DNA from: Chlamydiota bacterium
GTDB lineage: Bacteria > Chlamydiota > Chlamydiia > Chlamydiales > SM23-39
Assembly: GCA_038534095.1 (NCBI GenBank)
Contig: JBCAXK010000003.1
Location: 1 to 64,000, forward strand
Reading direction: 5' to 3'
Length of the DNA stretch: 64,000 nt
This document shows positions 37,877 through 48,009 of this stretch, piece after piece. How positions within the stretch are numbered: the first letter of the stretch is position 1; every line of letters begins with the position of its first letter. A program made the translations under genes and the position numbers. Below the pieces are notes generated by a model, which was not told the DNA's origin, made no database searches, and saw nothing but the letters and a program-made list of their open reading frames with translations.

Positions 37877-38851
37877 TTACTCTCCTTGCTCGCTTCCTGG
37901 AAGATCGGCGTCATGAAAATCGCTGACTACATGGACAAAGGTGGGTTTTGTGATCACAATAGCAAACAGCTCTTCTATATCAGAGGAGGCAAGGCGAATG
38001 CATCCATCACTATCGTATTTTTGAATGTGGGTCGTGTCTTCAACAAAGCTCCCCCCTTCTGCAGAGGTCCAAGGGGAACCATGAATGCCATACCCCTTCG
38101 GATTTTCTGCGTCTTCACTCAACGCCTTTTCAAACGGCATCCAGCGAGTACCAAAAATCTGGATCATTTCCACTTTTTGTTCCTGAAAATAGCCCATGAT
38201 CCCTGGTTTGTAGATAGCCACTTTATCTCCAATTTGATAACTACCTAAAGGCGTTAAGCAGCCCGAACGACTGTCTGGATCTTTTCTTCCTAACCCAACG
38301 GGGTAGGTTTTTAAAAGAACGCGCTCTTGCACATCAACATCTACATAATAGAACCACATTTTGGAGCGAGACACATCGACAAGTAAATGAAACTCGATGT
38401 TTTTGTCAGGAGCAAATACATTCAAACGGTCCCCTGGCGCCACATTTTGTGTAGAGTAGTCTTTTGATCCGCGCAAACTACGCGCAATGAAGTGGCGTGA
38501 AGTTTTGTAGTGTGACGCGTAATCAGAAATCCAAGCGCACCTCCCCTCAAGCCAAGGAACGCGGCTTGTATAGGTGATGGTTTCCACAATAGGCAACTTT
38601 GAAGAATCCAGCGCAAATAGCCGATCGATCTGATCTTTTTCGGGTAAAAGGGCCTCTTGTTTTACGGCCACTTTAGAGAGATCTGGCGCAGGAGCGGGAG
38701 GCAAGGGAACTTCCCGATCGATCAGGACAATTTCTTCCACCAAAGAGTCTTTTTGCGGCTTCACTTCTGGTTTTTTCTGGAAAAACGAGAGCACAATGAT
38801 GAAGAAAAAAAGCGAACAAGTACCTAAAAGTAAGAACCTTGGAAATTTCAT
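37877..38851 (-). CDS. Membrane-anchored L,D-transpeptidase (YkuD) family protein
   Basis: N-terminal TM, KTYPVGLG, TPLG.Y, FGTRWM and YGIHG...SDGCIRL. Confidence 0.85.
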   Translation of the reverse strand: MKFPRFLLLGTCSLFFFIIVLSFFQKKPEVKPQKDSLVEEIVLIDREVPLPPAPAPDLSKVAVKQEALLPEKDQIDRLFALDSSKLPIVETITYTSRVPWLEGRCAWISDYASHYKTSRHFIARSLRGSKDYSTQNVAPGDRLNVFAPDKNIEFHLLVDVSRSKMWFYYVDVDVQERVLLKTYPVGLGRKDPDSRSGCLTPLGSYQIGDKVAIYKPGIMGYFQEQKVEMIQIFGTRWMPFEKALSEDAENPKGYGIHGSPWTSAEGGSFVEDTTHIQKYDSDGCIRLASSDIEELFAIVITKPTFVHVVSDFHDADLPGSEQGE

Positions 38852-39103
38852 AACAAGAACACCTTTTGCCGATCTTAATTAACTATTATTGAGAAAAAGT
38901 GCTTATTTTTCAATCAGGAAGGTAGATAAAAAGTGCAATTTTTAAAAAACAAAGAATCAAAAACTTACGTATTTTTATTAAGAAAATTAAAAAAAATATT
39001 TAATAATAATAAATTATATAATTGAATTAAAATATCCTTTATTAATATAATCTAATTAAACCGAATTTTACTAATAATAATTTTATTAAAAAATTGAGGC
39101 AAC

Positions 39104-39829
39104 GTGACCAGTTTAAGAAATATCGATCAGAGTCCAAAGATACATGCTCATTTACCAAAAACCAATCACCAAAGAAAGCCCTCTTTAGCTCTACATGTGA
39201 AAACAATTCTTACTCAAAGAACAGCTTTTTCGGCAACAACACCTCATACGCTCTATTTACTCCGAAAAAAACTCGAAAAAGTACCCCACACCCCACATTT
39301 AGCAAAACTTGTCCTCAGGACATTATCAGGATCGATCCAAGAAAACCGCCCAGAAATTTTTCAAAACATTTTTCATCTTCTCAGCATAAAGCGCACCATG
39401 CTTCCCGATTTTCAAAGCCAACCTTTGGTTAGCAAGACAGACCTTTATCATCTATTTAGGGCGATAGAAGGGAAGAATCTACCGAACTTTGTGCAGCTTT
39501 TTCTCAATTCTTATTACGCAAGCACCCTTTGTGACGAGGATGTTTTTACCTTTGTATTACAACTAAAAACAAGGCTGAAAGATCTGGATTTAACCACCAT
39601 TTTTGATTCTAAAAGGGTTTTATGCCTTCCAGATCATTTCCAAAATACTTTGCATAGGGCAATACAAAATACTGCCCAAAAAAAAGAAGATCAATTTTTT
39701 TCAGAAGCTTTAGCTCGCCAAAATAGACAGAAAGAAAACCACTGTTTTACAGGGATTTTTGGACTCATCGCCATGGGATTTGCAAGTTGGACGATGTATC
39801 AGTACACCCAACTTTTTTTCGAGATATAA
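39104..39829 (+). CDS. Orphan protein with a single C-terminal TM
   Basis: GAGG SD plus GTG start; C-terminal FTGIFGLIAMGFASWTMY; very AT-rich leader. Confidence 0.7.
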   Translation: MTSLRNIDQSPKIHAHLPKTNHQRKPSLALHVKTILTQRTAFSATTPHTLYLLRKKLEKVPHTPHLAKLVLRTLSGSIQENRPEIFQNIFHLLSIKRTMLPDFQSQPLVSKTDLYHLFRAIEGKNLPNFVQLFLNSYYASTLCDEDVFTFVLQLKTRLKDLDLTTIFDSKRVLCLPDHFQNTLHRAIQNTAQKKEDQFFSEALARQNRQKENHCFTGIFGLIAMGFASWTMYQYTQLFFEI

Positions 39830-40010
39830 AAGAATCCCTTCATGCTGTTCATTATTTTCCTCATGTAGAGCTGTACTAAAGACCGAAAAAATTCCTAACG
39901 CACTACTGAGTTAAGAGACGGGATTTATCATCTCTTATGATATGAGTGAAAGTTTAAAAAAAACCATCAAATTCTAAGAAAAAGTCGATCCTTGCAGAAA
40001 GTGGAGAAAT

Positions 40011-40319
40011 TTAAGAGAGAGGAGCGATTGGCTGCTGATCAATAACAAGCTTCATTTTTTTTCCAGGGGTGAACTTCACCGCTTTTCTAGCAGGAATGAC
40101 AATAGGGACAGAAGCATTTTTAGGGTTACGACCAATCTTTTTTTTCCGACAAACCACTTCAAACACGCCAAAGTCCCGAAACTCTAAACGATCTCCCTTA
40201 GATAAAGAATCTGTCATTTCATCTAAAAAAGCTTGAATCACCCCACGGACATCATTTGGATGTAGTCCCTTCTTTTGTGAAATTTTCTGGATGAGCTTTT
40301 TTTTTGTTACTGTAGACAT
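40011..40319 (-). CDS. Integration host factor / HU-family DNA-binding protein
   Basis: FRDFGVF, IGRNPKN and VKFTPGK. Confidence 0.94.
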   Translation of the reverse strand: MSTVTKKKLIQKISQKKGLHPNDVRGVIQAFLDEMTDSLSKGDRLEFRDFGVFEVVCRKKKIGRNPKNASVPIVIPARKAVKFTPGKKMKLVIDQQPIAPLS

Positions 40320-40418
40320 CCAAGACTCCTTATTGCAGTTTGACTATATCGCAATTCTCTTATCTTAGGGAATTTCCGACAAGAGCTTTTTGGAGTAAAT
40401 TTTGGGAATAAGAATCCT

Positions 40419-41687
40419 CTATCTAGCAGAATCAATCCGGACAAGGATACGATTTTTTTTCCCTGAAGATAGTAAAACAAATGTTCCGCCAATAACATCG
40501 GTATCTGAAAAAACGTAATACGGATCTTGGATACGTTGGTTATTGATGTAGGCTCCCCCGTTTTTCACCAATCTTGTCGCTTCAGATTTACTAGACACAA
40601 GACCAATCTTGAGAGCAACGTCAGAAAACTTTTCTGCAACAATGGAAGAAACAACAGCAGAAGGAATATCTTGAGCGATTTCTTCAAGTTCCTCTTTGCT
40701 TAAGCGAGCTTCAGTTCCTGGCCTAGCCGTCTTGGTCACTTTTAGCGCTTTTTCTAGCCCCTCTTTTTGATGAACAAATCTTGTGAGCTCTTCAGCTAAG
40801 CGGCGTTGCGCTTGATTCGGTAAATAAGAAGAGCTCTTCATTTCTTGTTCTAACTGATGGATTTCTTCAATAGGAAGGAACGTTAGCATTTTCAACAAAC
40901 GGATCACATCTTGATCGGTTGTTTTCATGATGCTTTGATAAAACTCGTAGGGGGACATCCGTTTAGAATCCAACCAAATAGCGCCTTTTTCTGTTTTACC
41001 CAGCTTATTCCCATGAGCATCTGTCAGTAATGGAAAAGTGAGGGCGTAAGCCTCTTCTTGTCTTTTTTTCCGAATGAAATCAATACCTGCTGTCATATTG
41101 CCCCATTGATCAGATCCCCCAATCTGCAAAGAAACCCCTTTTGAAAAAAGCTCGTGAAAATCGTTTGCTTGCAGCACTTGATAGCTAAACTCACAAAAAC
41201 TCATCCCTTCTTCCGACTCTAGACGAGCTTTCACACTCTCCTTCCCGAGCATAGGACCTAATCGAAAATACTTGCCGATATCGCGTAAAAAATCGATGGC
41301 GCTCAAACGAAAAAACCAATCGTAATTATTCACAATAACAGGAGAAATGTCTGCTGTTTCTGAGGAAAATATCTTGGATAAAAAAGAGAGTATCTGGGCT
41401 GTATTATCTTCAACAGTTGCTTGGGAAATGGTGGTTCTTTCTGTTTTTTTTCCAGAAGGATCACCGATCAAAGCAGTAGCGCCGCCGACCAAAATATAGG
41501 GTTTATGCCCATAGTTTTGCAGAGCTTTTGCAACGATAATTCCTAACAGATTGCCCAAATGCAGGCTATCGGCTGTAGGATCAAAACCGATATAAAAAGA
41601 TCGAGGAGTCGTTAGAAAGGCGCGTAAATTCTCACTGCTTTTCCTTTCAATGAGATCTCTTTCTTCTAAGTAATCAATTGCAGACAT
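40419..41687 (-). CDS. tyrS: Tyrosine--tRNA ligase
   Basis: GFDPTADSLHLGN, QIGGSDQWGN, KLGKT and C-terminal S4. Start at ATG 41687. Confidence 0.97.
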   Translation of the reverse strand: MSAIDYLEERDLIERKSSENLRAFLTTPRSFYIGFDPTADSLHLGNLLGIIVAKALQNYGHKPYILVGGATALIGDPSGKKTERTTISQATVEDNTAQILSFLSKIFSSETADISPVIVNNYDWFFRLSAIDFLRDIGKYFRLGPMLGKESVKARLESEEGMSFCEFSYQVLQANDFHELFSKGVSLQIGGSDQWGNMTAGIDFIRKKRQEEAYALTFPLLTDAHGNKLGKTEKGAIWLDSKRMSPYEFYQSIMKTTDQDVIRLLKMLTFLPIEEIHQLEQEMKSSSYLPNQAQRRLAEELTRFVHQKEGLEKALKVTKTARPGTEARLSKEELEEIAQDIPSAVVSSIVAEKFSDVALKIGLVSSKSEATRLVKNGGAYINNQRIQDPYYVFSDTDVIGGTFVLLSSGKKNRILVRIDSAR

Positions 41688-42173
41688 ACAAAACATAGTA
41701 AAAAAAAACAGGGTTTCAAGCAAGAAAAGCTGCTCTCTTTTTCCAGGCATATCGGCCTGCGATCTCAATATTCTAGTGGGCCGCAGAATCATTAGGCAAC
41801 TTCCTAAAAAAAGAGACTAATCGACCAGAAAACAAGGGTTGCAAACAAGCTCTCTTACGCAAGACTTCTTGCAATAGAGCGTAAAATAGCCGTTTTTTAC
41901 TTAAGTTGACGGCGTTTCTGAAAGCATATGATAGCCAAGTAATCATCTAGTGCTACTCATGTTGAACTTTTGCAAGCATAATTTCAGATCTCTAATTATA
42001 CAAAGCATGTCTTTACGATGATTTCCACGAAATAGCTTTTAAAAATATGCGAAATAAATCTAAACTAGCTATCATCTCAATTTTTTAAGAATCAATTTTT
42101 TAAGAATATCTTACGTATTTTTCCAAAAATTGAAGACAATCACCGAAAACTATTTATTAGGGATGTATTACTC

Positions 42174-45100
42174 ATGTCCGCTCTTCAATGTGTTAAACAA
42201 ACAATGGAAATCGATTATTCTGCCATGTCGGCAGAAGAAAAGGCAGATAGTAAACTAATCAGCAGAATCAAAAGGTCTGTTAAGGCTATGAATCTGGTCG
42301 GCTCAGAAGGTAAGAAGTCGAAGCTCGCTAAAAGAATGATATCCCTTTGTAACGAACATGAACACAACATGGCCTCTTTTAAAGCAGCGATTGAGCACTT
42401 ACCTTGGCCAGGTGCGCCAGACCAAAGATCAACGCTATTCCTCCTGAAAGAAGCCTTTATTATCGAGAAACACCCGAATAGAATGGACTTTTTAAAGAAA
42501 TATGGAGGGATTCCTTGGTGTCAAAAAAACGGGCCTGATTTCGAAGCTTACGATTATCTTGTAAACATACTAGTCTCTAATGATAATAATGATGATTATT
42601 ACGAATTACGTTCAGTGCTCTCTTCCTTTCTCTCTCATTCAATCGAGAAAGAGATTTCCAAAGAAATACTTCAACGCCGTTTTATGAAGAAAATCTTAAA
42701 AGCTTACGAGGAACCAGATCGGTCTATTGATAACAAACAGGATTGGATTGGAGAAAATACATACACCCCAGATGAATGGATGGTTGCGACAGCTATTTTC
42801 CACGAAAATATTTATCTTGCAAAAAAGTGGATAAAGGCTTGTACCTCTCGTGGTGATTCCTATGCTATCGCCCACTTTGCAGTACAAAAAGCCTTTGAAA
42901 ATGACCGATGGGATTTAGCTAACGAATTCTTTGAGGAAAACATACCAAAACAAGCTTCTAACAGAGAACAATTCCTAAAGACTGGCTTTGAAAAAGCTTT
43001 CCTCAATCATTGTTCGGATCAAAGTCTTATCATCAACTTTTATTTTCAAAAACTGGAGCCATCGTCCTGGATGAAAAAATCTCAATGGGATGCTAGTAAA
43101 TGGGTCGTAGACAAGCTCACCGATACTCACTACCCTATCGCTGATCGGACTGAACTCCTAATGAGCTTTTTACAAGGTCGTGAAAGAATGGTAGAGAACA
43201 AATCATCACCAATGAACAGTTTGCTAACAGTTACAGTGAACAACATTTTGAAAACCCAAGATTGCAAAGAAATTTTTCGCAGATTATTGGATCGCTACAT
43301 GCCTACATCCCTTGCTCTCAAAAAGCGAGTTGGTCCGGAGTTTATCGACTATTTTATTGACATTTCTTACGGAATAGCAACTACAAAAAACGTAGACAAT
43401 ATCCTATTTTATCTAAATGGGAATGAAGATCGACTATTTGGAAAGGAAACTTTGTTGAAGGGGGTAATAAGACGACTTACAGAAAATAACAAAAAAGCCT
43501 TTGCAAAAAGATTATTCAATAAATACAAATCCCGACCTTATCCCAATATAAAAGAAGGTTCGTACGCAGAGTACTCTCTTCTTTTTATCCACCATATTTG
43601 CCAATATAAAAAAGATTGGATCGAGTTTCTCTTTGGGAACGAAGATGAAAAGTTTGGCAGAGATATTTCTTTACTAGTTGAATCAATAAAGCGTGCTGTT
43701 AATTTTGGCGCCATAAATTTTCTCATCAAACTATTGAAAATGTACGGAAATAATGTTTTTATCCCAAAAGACTCCGATACTGAGTCTTCTTATGGAAAAT
43801 TGATTGTGAAGCAGCATTTATCGAAAGGAAAAGTTCTTAATTTGCTCAAAATTTTAGAAGGAATTGAACAAGTTCATCGGGAAACATTATTACAAATCAT
43901 TATCGATGAAGCCTTTTTTGAAAAAGCGGAAGATCTGATCGAGGGTCTATGGAAAAAGTATCGTCACTTAAACATACCTTCAGAAAGACTTTTATTAAAC
44001 ATACCTCCAAAAAGACTTGTAAAAGCATCTTATGGATCTTACATGGTCTTGAAAGGTTTTATCTGCGAAAATTATCGATTTTTAACTACATGTATAGACA
44101 GCTGTACCGAACATGTTTGGTTTCAGGGCAAGAAAATTACGGTAGCTGAGCTTATTGCTAAATCATCGATAGAAAATCATTGTAAAAATTTTTTCCAAAA
44201 GTGCTTGATAGAATATGATAAAAAACGTTCTAAATTCAGTAAGAAACACCGAGAATACCGATTAGTGTGTAGAATTTTCCATCGCGCGTTAATGGAAAAA
44301 CATGAGGAATTTCTTAAGCTCTTTAAAACGACCTTGCTGTCGATAAAGGAAGACCTGGGCTCACTTTTCTTATATACCTTACAGGCAGTTATAACACTTT
44401 TGGCAAAAGCATCTCCTACAGGGAAGATCGATAAAGCAGCACAAGAGATCTTAGAGCTGACGATTTCCCACGCAGCGACTGGAAGTGATCATCTATTTAA
44501 AGAGATTTGCTCGAAATTTTCGAAAGAAAAATATAGTGATACATTGCAAATAAAACATGTATTACTTGATTACTGCGTGGAACAAAACGCTAATCAAAGG
44601 GCAAAAATGCTGATACAAAAACATAGGGACGACCGCTCACAAGTAATCCAAGACGAGGGGGGCGCCTTCTCATGGAATTTTGTCTCTTTAGCGATTGTTT
44701 TTGCGATAAAACATCGCAATGAAGATGTGCTCAATGATTGCCTTACCAAATATAAAGATCATCTTTGGGAAAAAGTTGGAGGTACTAGTTCTATGGGCGC
44801 CTTTGCAATTGAAACAGCAATACAATATCACTACAACACTTTTGTGATGAAAAAATGCAATAAGAATTTAAACAATTCACAAACTAGAGAAAAGACGCTC
44901 AATTGCGTATGGAGACTAGCAAATAAATATTCCAATCGAGCGCTCATGCTCGAGCTATTCAACCGTTATCGAAAGTACATTCCGGAAGAAAGGCTTTATC
45001 AGCTAATTAGTTCTTACATGCGCTCTGCCAGTAACATGCTTTTAATGTCTAAAGATATTCTTGAGTATAACCGAGAAATCCGAGAACTTCGGACATCTAT

Positions 45101-45779
45101 TTTCAACCTTTCTGGTAAGAAAGATGAATTTTTGAATACAGAAATCCTTTATTTGGATATACGCAAATGGCTTAAAGAACATCGCTTTTCAGAGAATGAC
45201 ATACATCTCATTCAGTACATAGTGAGCGCATTAGAAACAATTAACCTTCCTTTTTTGGATTTATATACTTTTCCTTGCAGCCTAGAAAACAATTTTTCTC
45301 CAATGCCTATGAAAAATTTTTTTCAGAGCATAATAACTGATTATTATCGGAATAATATAACAGCTAAATTATCGAACATCATGACAGAGCAGGAAATCGT
45401 GAGAGATGAATCTAGTTTGCGCGCAATGGAGCTAGATCCTGCGCGTCGAGATTGTCCCGCTATTCGCAAATTTCGCGATGATCTAATATGCTGCCAGCGC
45501 TATCTATTGGCTAGAAAGAGCCAAAGCACGCAGCCATCAGTCTTAGATTGGATTTGTGCGCAAAACCCAGACAAACCAAAAAACTGTCAGACTCTAGAGC
45601 CTATTAGGCAAGCCAATGAGATGAACGTGGAACAAGAAGGTAAATCGCGTATACAAGACAGACGAATAGATCGTGGTGATGAAAAAGTATCTTCGGAAGA
45701 AAAATCTCAGCAATGGCATAAAAGATCGGAACAAAAGGCTTCTAGTAATACACACTCTTCCTCAAAAAGGGGTTCGTAA
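42174..45779 (+). CDS. Large orphan helical-repeat protein (effector-like)
   Basis: 1201 aa with ~72-81-aa degenerate repeats (FYLNGNEDRLFG / EFLFGNEDEKFG) and a low-complexity C-terminus. Confidence 0.85.
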   Translation: MSALQCVKQTMEIDYSAMSAEEKADSKLISRIKRSVKAMNLVGSEGKKSKLAKRMISLCNEHEHNMASFKAAIEHLPWPGAPDQRSTLFLLKEAFIIEKHPNRMDFLKKYGGIPWCQKNGPDFEAYDYLVNILVSNDNNDDYYELRSVLSSFLSHSIEKEISKEILQRRFMKKILKAYEEPDRSIDNKQDWIGENTYTPDEWMVATAIFHENIYLAKKWIKACTSRGDSYAIAHFAVQKAFENDRWDLANEFFEENIPKQASNREQFLKTGFEKAFLNHCSDQSLIINFYFQKLEPSSWMKKSQWDASKWVVDKLTDTHYPIADRTELLMSFLQGRERMVENKSSPMNSLLTVTVNNILKTQDCKEIFRRLLDRYMPTSLALKKRVGPEFIDYFIDISYGIATTKNVDNILFYLNGNEDRLFGKETLLKGVIRRLTENNKKAFAKRLFNKYKSRPYPNIKEGSYAEYSLLFIHHICQYKKDWIEFLFGNEDEKFGRDISLLVESIKRAVNFGAINFLIKLLKMYGNNVFIPKDSDTESSYGKLIVKQHLSKGKVLNLLKILEGIEQVHRETLLQIIIDEAFFEKAEDLIEGLWKKYRHLNIPSERLLLNIPPKRLVKASYGSYMVLKGFICENYRFLTTCIDSCTEHVWFQGKKITVAELIAKSSIENHCKNFFQKCLIEYDKKRSKFSKKHREYRLVCRIFHRALMEKHEEFLKLFKTTLLSIKEDLGSLFLYTLQAVITLLAKASPTGKIDKAAQEILELTISHAATGSDHLFKEICSKFSKEKYSDTLQIKHVLLDYCVEQNANQRAKMLIQKHRDDRSQVIQDEGGAFSWNFVSLAIVFAIKHRNEDVLNDCLTKYKDHLWEKVGGTSSMGAFAIETAIQYHYNTFVMKKCNKNLNNSQTREKTLNCVWRLANKYSNRALMLELFNRYRKYIPEERLYQLISSYMRSASNMLLMSKDILEYNREIRELRTSIFNLSGKKDEFLNTEILYLDIRKWLKEHRFSENDIHLIQYIVSALETINLPFLDLYTFPCSLENNFSPMPMKNFFQSIITDYYRNNITAKLSNIMTEQEIVRDESSLRAMELDPARRDCPAIRKFRDDLICCQRYLLARKSQSTQPSVLDWICAQNPDKPKNCQTLEPIRQANEMNVEQEGKSRIQDRRIDRGDEKVSSEEKSQQWHKRSEQKASSNTHSSSKRGS

Positions 45780-46895
45780 CCAAGGCTCTCTCCCTAAATT
45801 TTGCCTGAAAGTCCTGTGCCGCATCATTATCTCCTAAGATATGCGTCTCGTAAAAAATCGTAGGCCGCTAAGCCTTGGGCATGACTGGTTTGGGCCTTGC
45901 GCAATCTAGGTATGAGACATTTCATAACCTCAAAATCTTTCTAAAGATCCACACTAGGAAAATAGGTGATTTCATCAACATATCCCTAAAACGTACCGCA
46001 ATTCCTAAGAGAACTGCGCACATAATCCGCCTTGCTCATAAAAGCTTCCCTACACAAAAAAAACACAAACTCTTTAAGAAGAAGATCATACTAATCTCTA
46101 TTCACTATATATCTCCATGAAACTCGACCGGAAAACTTGATCTGCAAAATAGGCTCAAGACTTCGAAAAAAACTCTTGGTCAGCAGAGAAACTCTCACTG
46201 AATTTTTCTCATGAGAGCGCCGATCGTTTGCGCAATATCTACTTGAATAGGCTTTCTAGAGGAAAAAAGCAGTCCGCTTGAACAAGCTTTGCGCTCCGTA
46301 TTCTTCACGGTCGATCGCATATAACGCAATTTTTGTCTTAGAGCTTTAGCGATGATTTTCTGTTTAAGATTTTCGCAGCGATGCTTTCTATTTGTTTCCC
46401 GCGCTCCTAAACCTTTTGTGGCTTTGCTATCAGGGTTTCTCATCATGCTTCTATTCCCTACAGGCTGAATTGGAGATCTCACCACTTTAATAAAAAAATT
46501 CTTTACCATCAATAGCTCATCACCTAGAAAGGTAAAAATTTTTCGCTTAGATTCTCTCTTCATGCGCTTAATGAAAAGAAGATACTACCTCTAAAAAATG
46601 GGCGCCATTTTTGGAGAGTAAAGACCCAATGTACCTATCCAATCGAATTAAGGAATAGATTCTCTACTTTTGCAAAGAAAAAAATTCTCATTCGTGCTAT
46701 TCCGGAAAAAAACGTAAGATATTTTGTGCGATTTTTAAGAGAGCAAAAACCCCATCTCTTCAGTAAGTCTTCACTCCCCTTGCCCGTTTGCTAAAAGATC
46801 CTTTCAAAAAGGAAGAGAAGATCCCCATACAAAAAATTTCGGTGACAAGAATACTTTTTGTTGTGCATTCTTAGAGAAACGTGAGGAATCTTCGC

Positions 46896-47573
46896 ATGAC
46901 CAATCAGACCATTAAAGAAGGTTTAGGCTACTACGCAGTCCAGTTCATCAAACAGAACATGATTGTTGGCCTTGGCACAGGCTCGACAGCGAGCTGTTTT
47001 ATCCAAGCCTTGGCAGCTGCTTGTCAAAAGCAATTAGACATTCAAGCAGTCGCCTCATCTGAACAATCGTTTTTTCAAGGAAAGCGCCTAGGCATCTCCA
47101 TGCTACCTTTTGATCGGGTCGATAGAGTCGATCTAACGGTCGATGGGGCTGATGAGATCGATCCACAACATGAGCTCATCAAAGGGGCTGGAGGCGCTCA
47201 TGTGCGTGAAAAAATTCTTGCCCACTTTTCCGATCGGCTCATTATTTTAGCCGACGAGACTAAATTAGTAGAAAAACTCGGCGAAAAAAAACCTCTGCCT
47301 GTTGAAGTCGTCTCGTTTGGAGCGAGCGCTACAAAGACCTACTTAGATAAGCTGTGTCCAGGGTGCTTGTTAAGAAAAACGGAACAGGGAAGCGCCTGGA
47401 AAACAGATAACGGAGGCATGATTTTTGATCTCCCTTTAAGAGGCAAAAATGTATCCGATCTCCATCCATCCATCATGGCCATACCGGGGGTAGTAGACAC
47501 AGGCTATTTTTCCAATATGGCAACCAAAGTTGTGATTGGATATCAGAATGGATCTATTTCTACTCTGCGTTAG
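46896..47573 (+). CDS. rpiA: Ribose-5-phosphate isomerase A
   Basis: GLGTGST, DGADEID and IKGAGGA..REK. Confidence 0.96.
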   Translation: MTNQTIKEGLGYYAVQFIKQNMIVGLGTGSTASCFIQALAAACQKQLDIQAVASSEQSFFQGKRLGISMLPFDRVDRVDLTVDGADEIDPQHELIKGAGGAHVREKILAHFSDRLIILADETKLVEKLGEKKPLPVEVVSFGASATKTYLDKLCPGCLLRKTEQGSAWKTDNGGMIFDLPLRGKNVSDLHPSIMAIPGVVDTGYFSNMATKVVIGYQNGSISTLR

Positions 47574-47896
47574 TATTTGATCTTAAACTGCTCTCCAGCT
47601 AACACCAAAAGGGACTCAACAGCTTCTCTTGCATCTTCCCCGTAAGCTTCCACACGTATTTTTGCCCCTTTTTCCGCAGCGAGCATCAAAATACCGAGCA
47701 ACGATTTCGCGTTGACCGAGCAATCTTTATAATGCAACGTGATTTCAGAACGGAAGTTTGCAGCGCACTTCACAAGTTCTGTAGAGGGTCTGGTGTGAAG
47801 ACCGCTACCGTTTTTTACCACAAAAAGGCCGTTTGCTCTGCAGGGGAGCCGTGTTTTGTATGTGTACTTTTTTTTTGTTTTACTTGTCATAACCAT
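47570..47896 (-). CDS. ptsH: HPr phosphocarrier protein (start uncertain)
   Basis: GLHTRP (His15 equivalent) and NAKSLLGILML (Ser46 equivalent). Confidence 0.93.
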   Translation of the reverse strand: MVMTSKTKKKYTYKTRLPCRANGLFVVKNGSGLHTRPSTELVKCAANFRSEITLHYKDCSVNAKSLLGILMLAAEKGAKIRVEAYGEDAREAVESLLVLAGEQFKIKY

Positions 47897-47900
47897 ATTC

Positions 47901-47934
47901 AAAAAAACACGCGAGAAAATTTTCTCGCATGTTC
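47901..47934 (-). terminator. Terminator-like hairpin plus U tract in the ptsH leader
   Basis: Perfect 18-bp palindrome GCGAGAAAATTTTCTCGC (47911-47928) followed on the minus strand by a T7 run. Confidence 0.6.
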
Positions 47935-47937
47935 TTT

Positions 47938-47966
47938 TTCATAAAACAAGCGTTTTTTTCAATCAA
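47938..47966 (-). promoter_or_regulatory. Putative ptsH promoter
   Basis: TTGATT-N17-TATGAA on the minus strand. Confidence 0.4.
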
Positions 47967-48009
47967 ATGTTTTTTGCAAATTTGGCGCTTATCCCACAAA
48001 CAAGTAGCA

